DNA of 33,248 bases from Candidatus Anoxymicrobiaceae bacterium (GTDB lineage Bacteria; Actinomycetota; Geothermincolia; Fen-727; Anoxymicrobiaceae): positions 1-33,248 of the forward strand of contig DAIQAV010000001.1 of assembly GCA_036781505.1 (NCBI GenBank), read 5' to 3'. The notes under the pieces were generated by a model. The model was not told where the DNA came from and made no database searches. It saw only the letters and a list, made by a program, of their open reading frames with translations. A program made the translations under genes and the position numbers. How positions within the stretch are numbered: the first letter of the stretch is position 1; each line of letters begins with the position of its first letter. Shown here one piece after another: positions 8,778 through 17,778 of this stretch.

Positions 8778-10184
8778 CTACGCCTTCGTTCCTTCTCTCA
8801 TCTCCCCGGCGCAGCGGTACATTATATCAAACAGGTCTTCAATCTCGTCCATCTCCAGGCACGAGAACGCGACCCGCACGTCCGTGGCTCCGTCCGCGAT
8901 GACCCCGACCCCGTAGCCGTCCAGCAGCCGGACGCGGAACTCCTCGGGGTCGATGCCCTTCAGCGCGACGCTCATGAAGTAGCCGGCGTTAAACGGGTAC
9001 GGCTGCCAGAAAGCCTCGTAGTCGGGCTTGGCGAGGACCTCCAGGACCTTCTGCGCCCTCTCCCGCATGAGCTCGTATTTAGCTTCTTTCTGCTTCGCGA
9101 AATCGGGGTCCGACATCGCCGCGAGGACTATCGACTGCGAGAGCTGCGAGCAGTTGCTTATGTTGCCCCTGACCGCGCCCCCCACCTTCTTCTCCAGGGC
9201 AGTGTAGGCTTCTGCCTGCTTCGTGGCGGCCTTAAGGGAGAAGGTGATGAACCCCACCCGGAGGCCCCACGCGTACTCCTCCTTGGTGACGCCGTCCAGC
9301 TTCACCGGGAAGACGTGCTCGCTGGCGTCGGCAAGCCTGCCGAACAGCGACTCGCGCAAGGCGTCTTCGGTGTAGAAGAGCCCGAAGTAGGCGTCGTCGA
9401 GCACTACCACCACGTCGCGCCCGGGGCCCGAAACCGATGTCAGCGCTTCGACCACGGCGTCGGCCTCGCTCTTGCGCAGCGAGTATCCCGTCGGGTTGTT
9501 CGGGAAGTTCAGTACGACGAACGCCTTGCCTTTATCGTCCAGCGCCTTCGAGAGCGAGGACGCGAGCTCCGCGGTGTTGAAGCCGGTCCCGGCGAACAGC
9601 GGGAACTTTCGTACTACCGCTCCGCGCCGGACCCCGTAGACCATGTTGTAGTTGCCCCAGGCTTTGTCCGGGAGCAAGACCACGTCGCCCGGGTCCAGGA
9701 ACATCTCGCCCGCTATGGTCAGCCCGTGTGTGATGCCGCTGGTGACCACCGGAAGGCTCACGATCCTGCCGGCGAGAGACGGGTTCTTCGCGTACATCTC
9801 CTCGCTCCACATCCGCCGGAGCTGGACGTTTCCGGTTGAGGGCGCGTAGTCGAGCACCTGGTCGGGCGAGAGCCCGTTGACGCGGTCCATGACGCACTTC
9901 AGGTTCATGGCATGGCCGCTCTCCCGGGCGATGCCGATGGTGGCGTCGTACTTGTGGGCTTTATCGCGGGCTTCCGCGGTCTGCGTCAGTATCCCCCTGG
10001 GGAAGAAAAGCTCGCGGCCGAGCCCGGAGAGCACCCCGAAAAGGGAGGGGCTCGCTTCTTTAATTGTAGCGTTCAACTCTTCAGCAAGTGGATTCACAGC
10101 AACCGTCCAGATAGCGCGGCCTGTTCTTGAAAAGACACTCAATTCTACCCGATTGCAGGCCCCCTTTCCATAGATTCCAGCCAC
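8778..10184 (-). CDS. Class I/II PLP-dependent aminotransferase
   Basis: 468-aa ORF (GTG at 10184). Motifs seen: LNFPNNPTGY, DDAYFGLF and GVTKEEYAWGLRVGF (candidate PLP lysine). A more likely start is the GTG at 10097 (VNPLAEELN...), which matches the usual N-terminus of such enzymes. Confidence 0.8.
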   Translation of the reverse strand: MAGIYGKGACNRVELSVFSRTGRAIWTVAVNPLAEELNATIKEASPSLFGVLSGLGRELFFPRGILTQTAEARDKAHKYDATIGIARESGHAMNLKCVMDRVNGLSPDQVLDYAPSTGNVQLRRMWSEEMYAKNPSLAGRIVSLPVVTSGITHGLTIAGEMFLDPGDVVLLPDKAWGNYNMVYGVRRGAVVRKFPLFAGTGFNTAELASSLSKALDDKGKAFVVLNFPNNPTGYSLRKSEADAVVEALTSVSGPGRDVVVVLDDAYFGLFYTEDALRESLFGRLADASEHVFPVKLDGVTKEEYAWGLRVGFITFSLKAATKQAEAYTALEKKVGGAVRGNISNCSQLSQSIVLAAMSDPDFAKQKEAKYELMRERAQKVLEVLAKPDYEAFWQPYPFNAGYFMSVALKGIDPEEFRVRLLDGYGVGVIADGATDVRVAFSCLEMDEIEDLFDIMYRCAGEMREGTKA

Positions 10185-10298
10185 GACTTCACGAGCGTCT
10201 CCGCCTCTGGAATAAAGGCCTGCCCGGCGTCATTGAACCGGAAGTGTCGGCGAAGCAAGAAAGAACATTTCAAGGAAAGCGACCGCGACTGACGCGTC

Positions 10299-13200
10299 CT
10301 AGACGCCGCCGCAGGCGGCCATGATCTGCGCGTAGATCTGTTCCGGCTTGAAGCCCAGCAGCCGGTTTGCTCCCGAGGTGCAGGCGGCGGCGCAGGCGCC
10401 GCATCCTTTACAGAGCGAACTGTTCACCACCGCTACGCCCTTCTCCTCGTCGAAAGAGATCGCCTCATAGCTGCAGACGGCCACGCACTGCCGGCAGCCG
10501 GCGCACATCGACTCGTCGACGAACGCGACCACCCCTTCGGTCACGACCTCAGGCTTGGAGAGGACCGACTCGGCACGCGCCGCCGCGGCGCACGCCTGGG
10601 TGAGGCTCTCGGCGATGGTCTTGGGATAGTGCGCGAGGCCGGCCAGGAAGACCCCGTCGGTCGCGAAGTCCACCGGGCGCAGCTTCACGTGCGCCTCGAG
10701 GAAGAAACCGTCGGAGGTCAGAGGCACCTTGAGCTTCGGCCCCAGAGAGCGCGCGTCCGGGTTCGCGACCACCCCGCAAGAGAGAACCACCAGGTCCGGA
10801 TTGAGCACTACTTCCTCGCCCCTGATGTTGGCGTCGGCGACACGGACCTGAGGGTCGCCCATGACGTCCACTACAGCGGGCGGCTGCTCTTTCTCGAAAC
10901 GGATGAAGTTCACCCCGAGGTCGCGCGCCTCGAGGTAGTGGTCTTCTTTGAAGCCGTAGGTGCGCAGGTCCCGGTAGCAGACGTTGACCTGCGCCTCCGG
11001 GTTGACACCCTTGAGGGCTACCGCGTTCTTTACGGCGATGCCGCAGCAGATCTTGCTGCAGTAGGGATGCTCCTCGTTTCGCGAGCCGACGCACTGGACC
11101 ATCACCACGTCCCGCGCGCCGGCGAGAGACTCCGGCTCCTCGGCGATGCGGCGCTCGAGCTCGGTCTGGGTGATCACCCGCTCGTCGGTGCCCCATCCGT
11201 ACTCGCCCGGCTCTGGCTCGTACTCGAGGCCGCCCGTCGCCACCACCACGATGCCGTGGTCGAGTTCCACCGGGCCCTCGGGCGTGTCCACCGTGGTGTG
11301 GAAGCTGCCGATGAACCCGTCCACTGACTCGACCTCCGAGCCGAGGAACAGCCCAACGTTCTTGTGGGCCAGCACGCGCGCCTTGAGCTCCTCGAGCTTC
11401 CGCTGCACGTCCCCGCCCTCGATGGTCTTGGAGATGTGGCGCATGTTGCCGCCGAGCTCGCGGTCTTTCTCGACGAGGTAGGTGGTGAACCCGGCGTCGG
11501 CCAGTTGCAGCGCCGCGGTCATGCCCGCGCCGCCCCCGCCGATCACCAGCGCCCTCGGCGTAACCGGCGAGACGCCTTCTGAGAGAGGCTCCAGGAGAGC
11601 GGCCTTCTCGGTCCCCATCTTGACCAGGAGCTTGGCTTTTTCGGTCGCCAGTTCGGGGATGTTCATGTGCACCCAGGAGCAGTGCTCCCGTATGTTCGCC
11701 ATCTCGAACAGATACTTGTTCAGCCCGGCGCTGCGCATCGTCTCCCTGAAGAGGGGCTGGTGCGTCCGGGGCGTGCACGAAGCCACCAGGAGCCTGTTCA
11801 GCCCGTGCTCCCTCACGGTCTCTCTTATCCACTCCTGCGCGTCCTGGCTGCAGGCGTAGAGGCGCTCCTCCGCGAAGACCACCCCGGGCAGGGTCCTCGC
11901 GTAGTCGACCACGGCCGGCACGTCCACGACCCCGCCGATGTTTGTGCCGCATCGGCAGATGACGGCGCCGATCCTCGGCTCTTCGCCCGCGACGTCGCGC
12001 TCCGGCGGGTACTCGATCCGCTCGATGAGCTCTCCCCTGCCGGCGGTCAGCTTCGCGCTCGCCATCCCGGCGGACGCGCTCGCCTGGACGACGCTGTCCG
12101 GTATGTCCTTGGGGCTCTCGATCGCCCCACAGGCGAAGACGCCCTCTCGGGAAGTCTCCACCGAAAAGAACTTGTCGGAGGCCACGAACCCGTGCTCGTT
12201 CAATTCGACGCCCACCGCTGAGGCAAGCACAGCCGCGTCCGGCTCGATGCCCACGGAAAGGACCACCAGGTCGAACTCCTCTTCGACGGTGTTGCCTTCG
12301 GGGTCCACGTACCCGATGAGGATGTTGCCGGTCGGCTGGAGCTCCTTCGCGTAGGACGCGAGGCACCGCACATACCTGATACCCTGCTCGTCCTTCGACT
12401 TCTGGTAATACTCCTCGAAGCCCTTGCCGTAGGCGCGCATGTCGATAAAGAAGATTGTCGGGTCGATAGAGCGCTCGTGCTCTTTCGCGATGATCGACTG
12501 CTTCGTCGCGTACATACAGCATACGGAGGAGCAGTAGGTGTTGCCGGCGGTGGAGTCGCGCGAGCCGACGCACTGGATGAAGGCCAGCTTTTTCACCGGG
12601 CCGCCGTCCGAGCGGCGCACCACGTGCCCGCCGGTCGGGCCGTTCGCCGCCAGTATCCTCTCGAACTCCAGGCTCGTGACGACGTTTTCGTAGACGCCGT
12701 AGCCGTACTCAGCCCGCGCCCTGGCGTCAAAAGGCTTGTACCCCGAGGCCAGCACGATGGAGCCCACCTCGATCACTTCGGTGCGCTCCTTCTGGTCGTA
12801 GTCGACGGCGCCCGCCGGGCACTCCTCCTTGCAGTTTCCGCACTTCCCCTTCAGCAGGTAGAGGCACATCTTCGGGTCGATGAAGGCGGCGCCCGGCACC
12901 GCCTGGGGGAACGGGACCCTGATGAGCGGAGTGCGCGAGAGGTTGGCGTTGTAAGGGTCTTTCACCTTTACACGGCACTTCTCCGTGCAGATGCCGCAGC
13001 CGGTGCACTTCTCGATGTCGACGAACCGCGGCCGGACGCGCACCGTCACCTTGAAGTCGCCCGGCTCGCCCTCGACCCCGACGACGTCGGTCAGGGTCAT
13101 GAGCTTGATGTTCCTGTTCGAGCCGACCTCGACCAGCTTTGGCGAGAGGATGCACATCGAGCAGTCGTTGGTCGGGAAAGTCTTGTCGAGTTGTCCCATC

Positions 13201-13511
13201 ACCCCGCCGATCGACGGGCCGGAGTCGACCATGTATACGCGGTAGCCCATGTCGACGAGGTCGAGCGAAGCCTGGACTCCGCCGATGCCCCCGCCGACTA
13301 CCATGACCGCGCCGACGGGAGTGGCCTTCGCGGGAGCGGCCGGCGCTTTGACGGCGGATTTCCTCGCGGCGGGCTTCTTCGCGGGCTTCTTCGCCGCAGC
13401 CTTTTTCGCTGCCGTCTTCTTTGCGGGCTTGCCGGCGGCGGGTTTCTTCGCTGTCTCTTTCTTCGCGGCCTTCTTTGCGGCCGGTTTGGCGGAAGGCTTG
13501 TTCTCAGCCAC
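10299..13511 (-). CDS. hdrA: Heterodisulfide reductase subunit A-like flavoprotein, tandem double HdrA module with KA-rich N-terminal extension
   Basis: 1070-aa ORF. The GTG start directly follows the hdrB stop (TAAGTG), with GGGGAAG upstream. The first FAD motif VVGGGIGG is followed by TFPTNDCSMCIL, an inserted 2x[4Fe-4S] domain (CTGCGICTEKC, CGNCKEECP) and CSSVCC. A second module follows with ICRCGTNIGG, ASCTPRTH, GGGGAGMTAA and CSKICC. A C-terminal ferredoxin is present (CAGCRQCVAVC, CKGCGACAAAC). Confidence 0.85.
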   Translation of the reverse strand: MAENKPSAKPAAKKAAKKETAKKPAAGKPAKKTAAKKAAAKKPAKKPAARKSAVKAPAAPAKATPVGAVMVVGGGIGGVQASLDLVDMGYRVYMVDSGPSIGGVMGQLDKTFPTNDCSMCILSPKLVEVGSNRNIKLMTLTDVVGVEGEPGDFKVTVRVRPRFVDIEKCTGCGICTEKCRVKVKDPYNANLSRTPLIRVPFPQAVPGAAFIDPKMCLYLLKGKCGNCKEECPAGAVDYDQKERTEVIEVGSIVLASGYKPFDARARAEYGYGVYENVVTSLEFERILAANGPTGGHVVRRSDGGPVKKLAFIQCVGSRDSTAGNTYCSSVCCMYATKQSIIAKEHERSIDPTIFFIDMRAYGKGFEEYYQKSKDEQGIRYVRCLASYAKELQPTGNILIGYVDPEGNTVEEEFDLVVLSVGIEPDAAVLASAVGVELNEHGFVASDKFFSVETSREGVFACGAIESPKDIPDSVVQASASAGMASAKLTAGRGELIERIEYPPERDVAGEEPRIGAVICRCGTNIGGVVDVPAVVDYARTLPGVVFAEERLYACSQDAQEWIRETVREHGLNRLLVASCTPRTHQPLFRETMRSAGLNKYLFEMANIREHCSWVHMNIPELATEKAKLLVKMGTEKAALLEPLSEGVSPVTPRALVIGGGGAGMTAALQLADAGFTTYLVEKDRELGGNMRHISKTIEGGDVQRKLEELKARVLAHKNVGLFLGSEVESVDGFIGSFHTTVDTPEGPVELDHGIVVVATGGLEYEPEPGEYGWGTDERVITQTELERRIAEEPESLAGARDVVMVQCVGSRNEEHPYCSKICCGIAVKNAVALKGVNPEAQVNVCYRDLRTYGFKEDHYLEARDLGVNFIRFEKEQPPAVVDVMGDPQVRVADANIRGEEVVLNPDLVVLSCGVVANPDARSLGPKLKVPLTSDGFFLEAHVKLRPVDFATDGVFLAGLAHYPKTIAESLTQACAAAARAESVLSKPEVVTEGVVAFVDESMCAGCRQCVAVCSYEAISFDEEKGVAVVNSSLCKGCGACAAACTSGANRLLGFKPEQIYAQIMAACGGV

Positions 13512-14396
13512 TTATTTCTTCCCCGCGAGGTCGAGTTCTTTCAAGAGAGGCATCGGGTTGATGATATGGCTCTTGAACCAGTCATCGGAGTCGAGCCCGA
13601 GGGCGAGCCCCAGCAACTCGGTGAAGTAAAGCACGGGCATTTTGTGGAGCAGTTTGAAGTCGAACTTGCCCGGCTGCTGACGCATCTCCAGGTTCGCGGC
13701 GCACATCGGGCACGCGGTAACGATGCAGTTCGCCCCGGCCTCTTCCGCCCGCGTGAAGAGCTTGTTGACGAGCTTCTCGACGATGTCGCTCCTCGAAAGG
13801 GAGAGGCTCCCACCGCAGCAATCGGTCTTGAACGACCACGGCCTCACCTCGACCCCCAGCGCCTCCAGGAAAGAGTCCAGCTCGGTGGGGTTCTCCACGG
13901 AGTCGCAACACGATATCTCGGGCGGCCTCACCAGCAGGCATCCGTAGTAAGGGACAGCCTTGAGGCCTGCGAGGTCGCGGCGCACCCACCGCTTGATCTC
14001 GGGCATTCCCACGTCGTTGACCAGGACGTCGAGCAGGTGTCTTATCTCTCCGGAAAACCGCGGGTCAGCCCCGACCATCCCGGCGACCTCTTTCGCGAGC
14101 TTCTCATCAGAGAGCAGGCGCTTCTGCGCCACTTTCATCCTCGAGTAGCACGCGGCGCAGACAACCAGCATGTCTTTGCCGATCTGCTTTGCGAGCGCGA
14201 GGTCGCGCCCGGGCAGCGCGATGGAGAGAGCGTCGTTCGTCATGTGGGCCGAGGACGCGCCGCAGCAGCTCCAGTCCGGCAGCTCCTCCAGCTCGATGCC
14301 CAGCGCGCCGCAGACCGCTTCCGTGGACAGCCCGAACTCCTCCGCCGAACCCGACTGCGAGCAGCCGGGGAAGTACGAGAAGGAGAGGCGCTTCAT
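13512..14396 (-). CDS. hdrB: Heterodisulfide reductase subunit B-like (two CCG domains)
   Basis: Start MKRLSFSYFPGC at 14396, overlapping the hdrC stop (ATGA). CCG motifs: DWSCCGASS and KTDCCGGSL. The longer ORF to 14861 overlaps hdrC and has Arg/Pro-rich junk composition. Confidence 0.85.
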   Translation of the reverse strand: MKRLSFSYFPGCSQSGSAEEFGLSTEAVCGALGIELEELPDWSCCGASSAHMTNDALSIALPGRDLALAKQIGKDMLVVCAACYSRMKVAQKRLLSDEKLAKEVAGMVGADPRFSGEIRHLLDVLVNDVGMPEIKRWVRRDLAGLKAVPYYGCLLVRPPEISCCDSVENPTELDSFLEALGVEVRPWSFKTDCCGGSLSLSRSDIVEKLVNKLFTRAEEAGANCIVTACPMCAANLEMRQQPGKFDFKLLHKMPVLYFTELLGLALGLDSDDWFKSHIINPMPLLKELDLAGKK

Positions 14397-14959
14397 CTGG
14401 CACCACCCCTTGTCCTGGAGAAGATCCTGCTTATCGCCTTGCGGTCCCTGGTCAGCCGCGGGATTATCTTGAGCTTGCGCTTGAACATCATCACGGCGGC
14501 GAGGCCCATGTCGTCGAAGAGGTTCCTGCTCAGCAGCTTGTACGGGCCCATCAGAACAGGCTCGTTCGTCTTTCCCGTGAGCCTGATGCCGTTCAGGAAA
14601 GACCTGTGGAAGAGCACGACGTCGCTCTCCGCGGGCGCAACGCCTTTTTCGAGCGCCATCTGGCGCAGGCCGTCCATGACGCCCGCGATGTCGATCTCGT
14701 TCGGGCAGCGCGTGGAGCAGGTCTCGCAGGACGCGCACAGCCAGATGGTGGAGCACTTCAGGAGGCGCTGCTCCTGGCCGTACTGCACCATCTTCATGAC
14801 CTCGTGAGGTACGAGGTCCATTGCGAACGCCACCGGGCATCCCGCCGAGCATTTCTTGCACTGGTAGCAGTCCCGGACCTTCTGCCCCGTACGCTCCTCG
14901 AGGGACTCCTCGAGCCGCCTGTTCACGGTGTTTATCATGAAGACGCGCTTCCCCTTCAA
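14393..14959 (-). CDS. hdrC: Heterodisulfide reductase subunit C-like (2x[4Fe-4S])
   Basis: Motifs CYQCKKCSAGCP and CASCETCSTRCP. The ORF opens with TTG at 14959. ATG at 14938 (MINTVN) with AAGGGGAAG upstream is an equally plausible start. Confidence 0.8.
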   Translation of the reverse strand: MKGKRVFMINTVNRRLEESLEERTGQKVRDCYQCKKCSAGCPVAFAMDLVPHEVMKMVQYGQEQRLLKCSTIWLCASCETCSTRCPNEIDIAGVMDGLRQMALEKGVAPAESDVVLFHRSFLNGIRLTGKTNEPVLMGPYKLLSRNLFDDMGLAAVMMFKRKLKIIPRLTRDRKAISRIFSRTRGGAR

Positions 14960-15171
14960 ACGGATATCGTTTGTGACCGTTTAGTCATTATCACTCGCAT
15001 GGAGCCGTGTCAAGAAGGTCTGGAGCACGGCAGAGCACTAGATTACCATAACGAGCCCCCGTGTTGATTGATTATGGGCAACCGTGGAAGGGACTCATTG
15101 CGCCTCATCACGCCGCCCTTCGCGAAGGCGCGCGCCGCCGTCATCACTCCTCCGGGGGCCGGGGCGCCTTG

Positions 15172-15180
15172 TGCTATATT
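15172..15180 (+). promoter_or_regulatory. Extended -10 promoter element (TGcTATATT) upstream of the Clp-type ATPase
   Basis: TG at 15172-15173 and TATATT at 15175-15180. No clear -35 hexamer. It lies ~50 nt upstream of the RBS-supported TTG start at 15229. Confidence 0.4.
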
Positions 15181-15228
15181 ATCGCAAGGACAGTCATTGC
15201 CGGTCCGCATTCCAACCGGGGGAAACAC

Positions 15229-17757
15229 TTGCTCTGCGAAAGCTGCAACCGACGGCCCGCGTCGATGAAGATGACCGTCCGCAATCAGTCGGGCGAGCAG
15301 CGAATGCTGATGCTCTGCGGCCTCTGCGCCTACCGCTTCACGAACGTCCTTCCCAACCTCGCGGTGAAAAAAGAAACCGGAGCCGCCGGGCAACTGATCC
15401 CGGAGCTCTTCAACGAGCACCACTTCCCGACCCAGCGGTTCGGCACGTTCCAGGGATACTCGAGCGCGACGCAGCAGGCGCTGAGCAACGCCGAGAACGT
15501 GACGCGCGACATGGGCCTCTACGCGATCGGGACCTTCCAGTTGCTGATGGGCGTCTGCCAGCTGGATCATCCCGCCAGGCAGATCCTCGAGCGGTACGGC
15601 ATCAACATCCAGAAGCTGGTGTCAGCCGAGGAAAAAGCGCTCAAGCAGGCAAAGCCTGAACCCGGCGTGAATGCCGGCGAGACGCCGCTGCCGAGCCAGC
15701 ACCCGGAGATGCAGCAGAACACGCTGAAGGTCCTCGAGCTGGCGTCGAGCATGGCCCAGGGCATGTCCTCCGACTTCACCGAGCCTGAGCACCTGGTGCT
15801 GGCCATGCTCGAGCTGCCGCAGGTGAGCTCGACGCGCTGGCTCGACCAGATAGGCGTCAACCTCGACGCGCTGAAGTCTGAGCTCCAGCAGTCGGCATCC
15901 GCGAGGATTTCCAGGGAGTCGACGACCGTACAGGAAGCCACGCTCGTCGACCAGCTGATGGGCCCGCAGGCACAGGGCGAACCCGCGCCGGCCGTCGACG
16001 TGAACCCGCTGGCGAAATACGCGCGCGACCTGACGAGCGACGCCGAGCAGGGGAAGCTGATGCCGGTTGTCGGGCGGGACGTCGAGCTGAACAGGGTCGA
16101 GATGATCCTCTCCAGGATGTCGAAGAACAACCCGATACTGCTGGGCGAGCCGGGGGTGGGAAAGACCGCGGTCGTGGAGGCCCTCGCCGAGCACATCGTG
16201 TCGGGCGACGTGCCGGCGCGGCTGCGCGGTTGCAGGGTCTACGAGGTCGACCTGCCGTCCATAATCGCGGGAACGCAGATGCGGGGCGAGTTCGAACAGC
16301 GGATGGAAGACCTGCTCAAGCAGGTCGAGTCGCTCGGGGATGCCGCCATACTTTTCATTGACGAGAGCCACACCCTGGTGGGCGCCGGCGCCAGCGAGGG
16401 CAGCACCGATGCCGGCAACATCCTGAAGCCGGCGCTGGCGCGAGGCAAGCTCCACATGATCGGCGCGACCACCAAGGAAGAGTACCGCAAGTACATCGAG
16501 AAAGACCCCGCTCTCGCGCGCCGGTTCCAGCCGGTGATGGTGGGCGAGCCGACCATCGCGCAGGCCATCGAGATGCTGGAGGGTATTCGCGAGCGGTTCG
16601 AGAAACACCACGGCGTCACGGTCTCCCACGAGGCGGTGTCGGCCGCGGTGACACTGTCCAACCAGTACATCACCGACAGGTTCCTTCCCGACAAGGCGAT
16701 CGACCTCGTCGATGAGGCGTGCGGCGCGGTGGCGATGGCGAACGAGAAATCAGGCGGCCAGCCGCGGGCCGTCATCGCGGAAGACATCGCGAACGTGGTC
16801 TCCGGGATGACCGGCATACCGCTCACAAAGATGATCGAGCCCGAGAAGAAGCGACTGCTTGCGATGGAAGAGGTCCTTCACCAGAGGATAGTCAACCAGG
16901 AGGAGGCGGTGAGCGCGGTCGCGGACGTGGTCAAGCGCAGCAGGGCCGGCCTCAAGGACCCGCACAAGCCGAACGGCAGCTTCATCTTCGCTGGGCCGAC
17001 CGGCGTGGGGAAGACGGAGCTCGCACGGGCGCTGGCAGGTTTCCTGTTCGACAACGACGACGCGCTGGTGAGGATAGACATGTCCGAGTTCGTCGAGAAA
17101 GAGTCCGTCTCCAGGCTCATCGGGGCACCGCCGGGGTACGCCGGCTACGAGGAGGGCGGACAGTTGACGGAGAAGGTCAGGTTCCAGCCCTACTCGGTGG
17201 TGCTGCTCGACGAGATGGACAAGGCGCACCCCCAGGTCCTGAACCTGCTGCTGCAGGTCGCTGACGCCGGGTGCCTCACCGACGGCCAGGGGCGAGCCAT
17301 CAACTTCAGGAACACCATCATCCTCACCACGAACGTCGGCGCCGACCTCTTCTACCAGGGCGCGGCCGCCGGCATGAGCGCGGAACAGCTCAAGTCGGAG
17401 GTCACCAGGCTGCTGGTGTCCGCGACCTCGCCGGAGCTGGTGAACCGCATGGACGACGTGATCGTGTTCAAGCCGCTCACCGAGGAACAGGTGAAGCAGG
17501 TCATCAGGCTGCTCCTGGACGGGCTCGAGAAGAGGCTCAAGGACCAGGAGTTGTCGCTTGACGTCACGGACGAGGCGGTGGCTTACCTGGCCAGGGCCGG
17601 CTACGACCCCGCCATGGGAGCGCGCCCGGCGAAGCGCATCATCCAGGACCAGGTCGAAGGGCCGCTGTCCGATATGATACTCGGCGAGGAGCTCAAGCCC
17701 GGCGGCACCGCGAAGGTGCACGTCGAGGCTGATACCCTGAAGGTCAGCGCGGAATAA
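15229..17757 (+). CDS. Class I (two-NBD) Clp/Hsp100 AAA+ ATPase with N-terminal McsA-like zinc ribbon and Clp_N repeats; no M-domain
   Basis: The ORF is open from 15061, but GGGGGA-N5-TTG at 15229 follows the putative promoter. The N-terminus is LCESCNRRPA...x19...LCGLCA. Two Clp_N repeats are present. NBD1 has GEPGVGKTA and ILFIDESHT. NBD2 has GPTGVGKTELA and VVLLDEMDKAH. The link between NBDs is short (EACGAVAMANEKSGGQPRAVIAEDI), as in ClpA. Confidence 0.8.
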   Translation: MLCESCNRRPASMKMTVRNQSGEQRMLMLCGLCAYRFTNVLPNLAVKKETGAAGQLIPELFNEHHFPTQRFGTFQGYSSATQQALSNAENVTRDMGLYAIGTFQLLMGVCQLDHPARQILERYGINIQKLVSAEEKALKQAKPEPGVNAGETPLPSQHPEMQQNTLKVLELASSMAQGMSSDFTEPEHLVLAMLELPQVSSTRWLDQIGVNLDALKSELQQSASARISRESTTVQEATLVDQLMGPQAQGEPAPAVDVNPLAKYARDLTSDAEQGKLMPVVGRDVELNRVEMILSRMSKNNPILLGEPGVGKTAVVEALAEHIVSGDVPARLRGCRVYEVDLPSIIAGTQMRGEFEQRMEDLLKQVESLGDAAILFIDESHTLVGAGASEGSTDAGNILKPALARGKLHMIGATTKEEYRKYIEKDPALARRFQPVMVGEPTIAQAIEMLEGIRERFEKHHGVTVSHEAVSAAVTLSNQYITDRFLPDKAIDLVDEACGAVAMANEKSGGQPRAVIAEDIANVVSGMTGIPLTKMIEPEKKRLLAMEEVLHQRIVNQEEAVSAVADVVKRSRAGLKDPHKPNGSFIFAGPTGVGKTELARALAGFLFDNDDALVRIDMSEFVEKESVSRLIGAPPGYAGYEEGGQLTEKVRFQPYSVVLLDEMDKAHPQVLNLLLQVADAGCLTDGQGRAINFRNTIILTTNVGADLFYQGAAAGMSAEQLKSEVTRLLVSATSPELVNRMDDVIVFKPLTEEQVKQVIRLLLDGLEKRLKDQELSLDVTDEAVAYLARAGYDPAMGARPAKRIIQDQVEGPLSDMILGEELKPGGTAKVHVEADTLKVSAE

Positions 17758-17778
17758 GACGGAGGAGGATCATCACAC

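Noticed and set aside
12477-14807. Very long antisense or alternative-frame ORFs: 12477..14807 (776 aa), 7342..8916, 5817..6905, 10549..12573, 15622..16629, 16750..17721, 20176..21135, 26508..27536, 30746..31933, 24243..25340, 27..716
   Set aside because: All lie opposite or out of frame to ORFs with clear family motifs. Their Arg/Pro/Gly/Ala-rich, motif-free composition is typical of stop-poor non-coding frames in GC-rich DNA.
15009-15023. CtsR-like operator (GTCAAGAAGGTCTGG) or CIRCE/HAIR element upstream of the Clp ATPase
   Set aside because: It matches the GGTCAAA-NAN-GGTCAAA direct repeat only partially. It also lies ~150 nt upstream of the putative -10 element. No CIRCE (TTAGCACTC-N9-GAGTGCTAA) or HAIR consensus is present.
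15061-15228. N-terminal extension of the Clp ATPase ORF; likewise 18454-18528 for the GRE, 23769-23822 for the hydrolase and 14397-14861 for hdrB
   Set aside because: The extensions have no RBS and a junk-like composition. They overlap neighbouring genes or putative promoters. Downstream starts have strong Shine-Dalgarno sequences.
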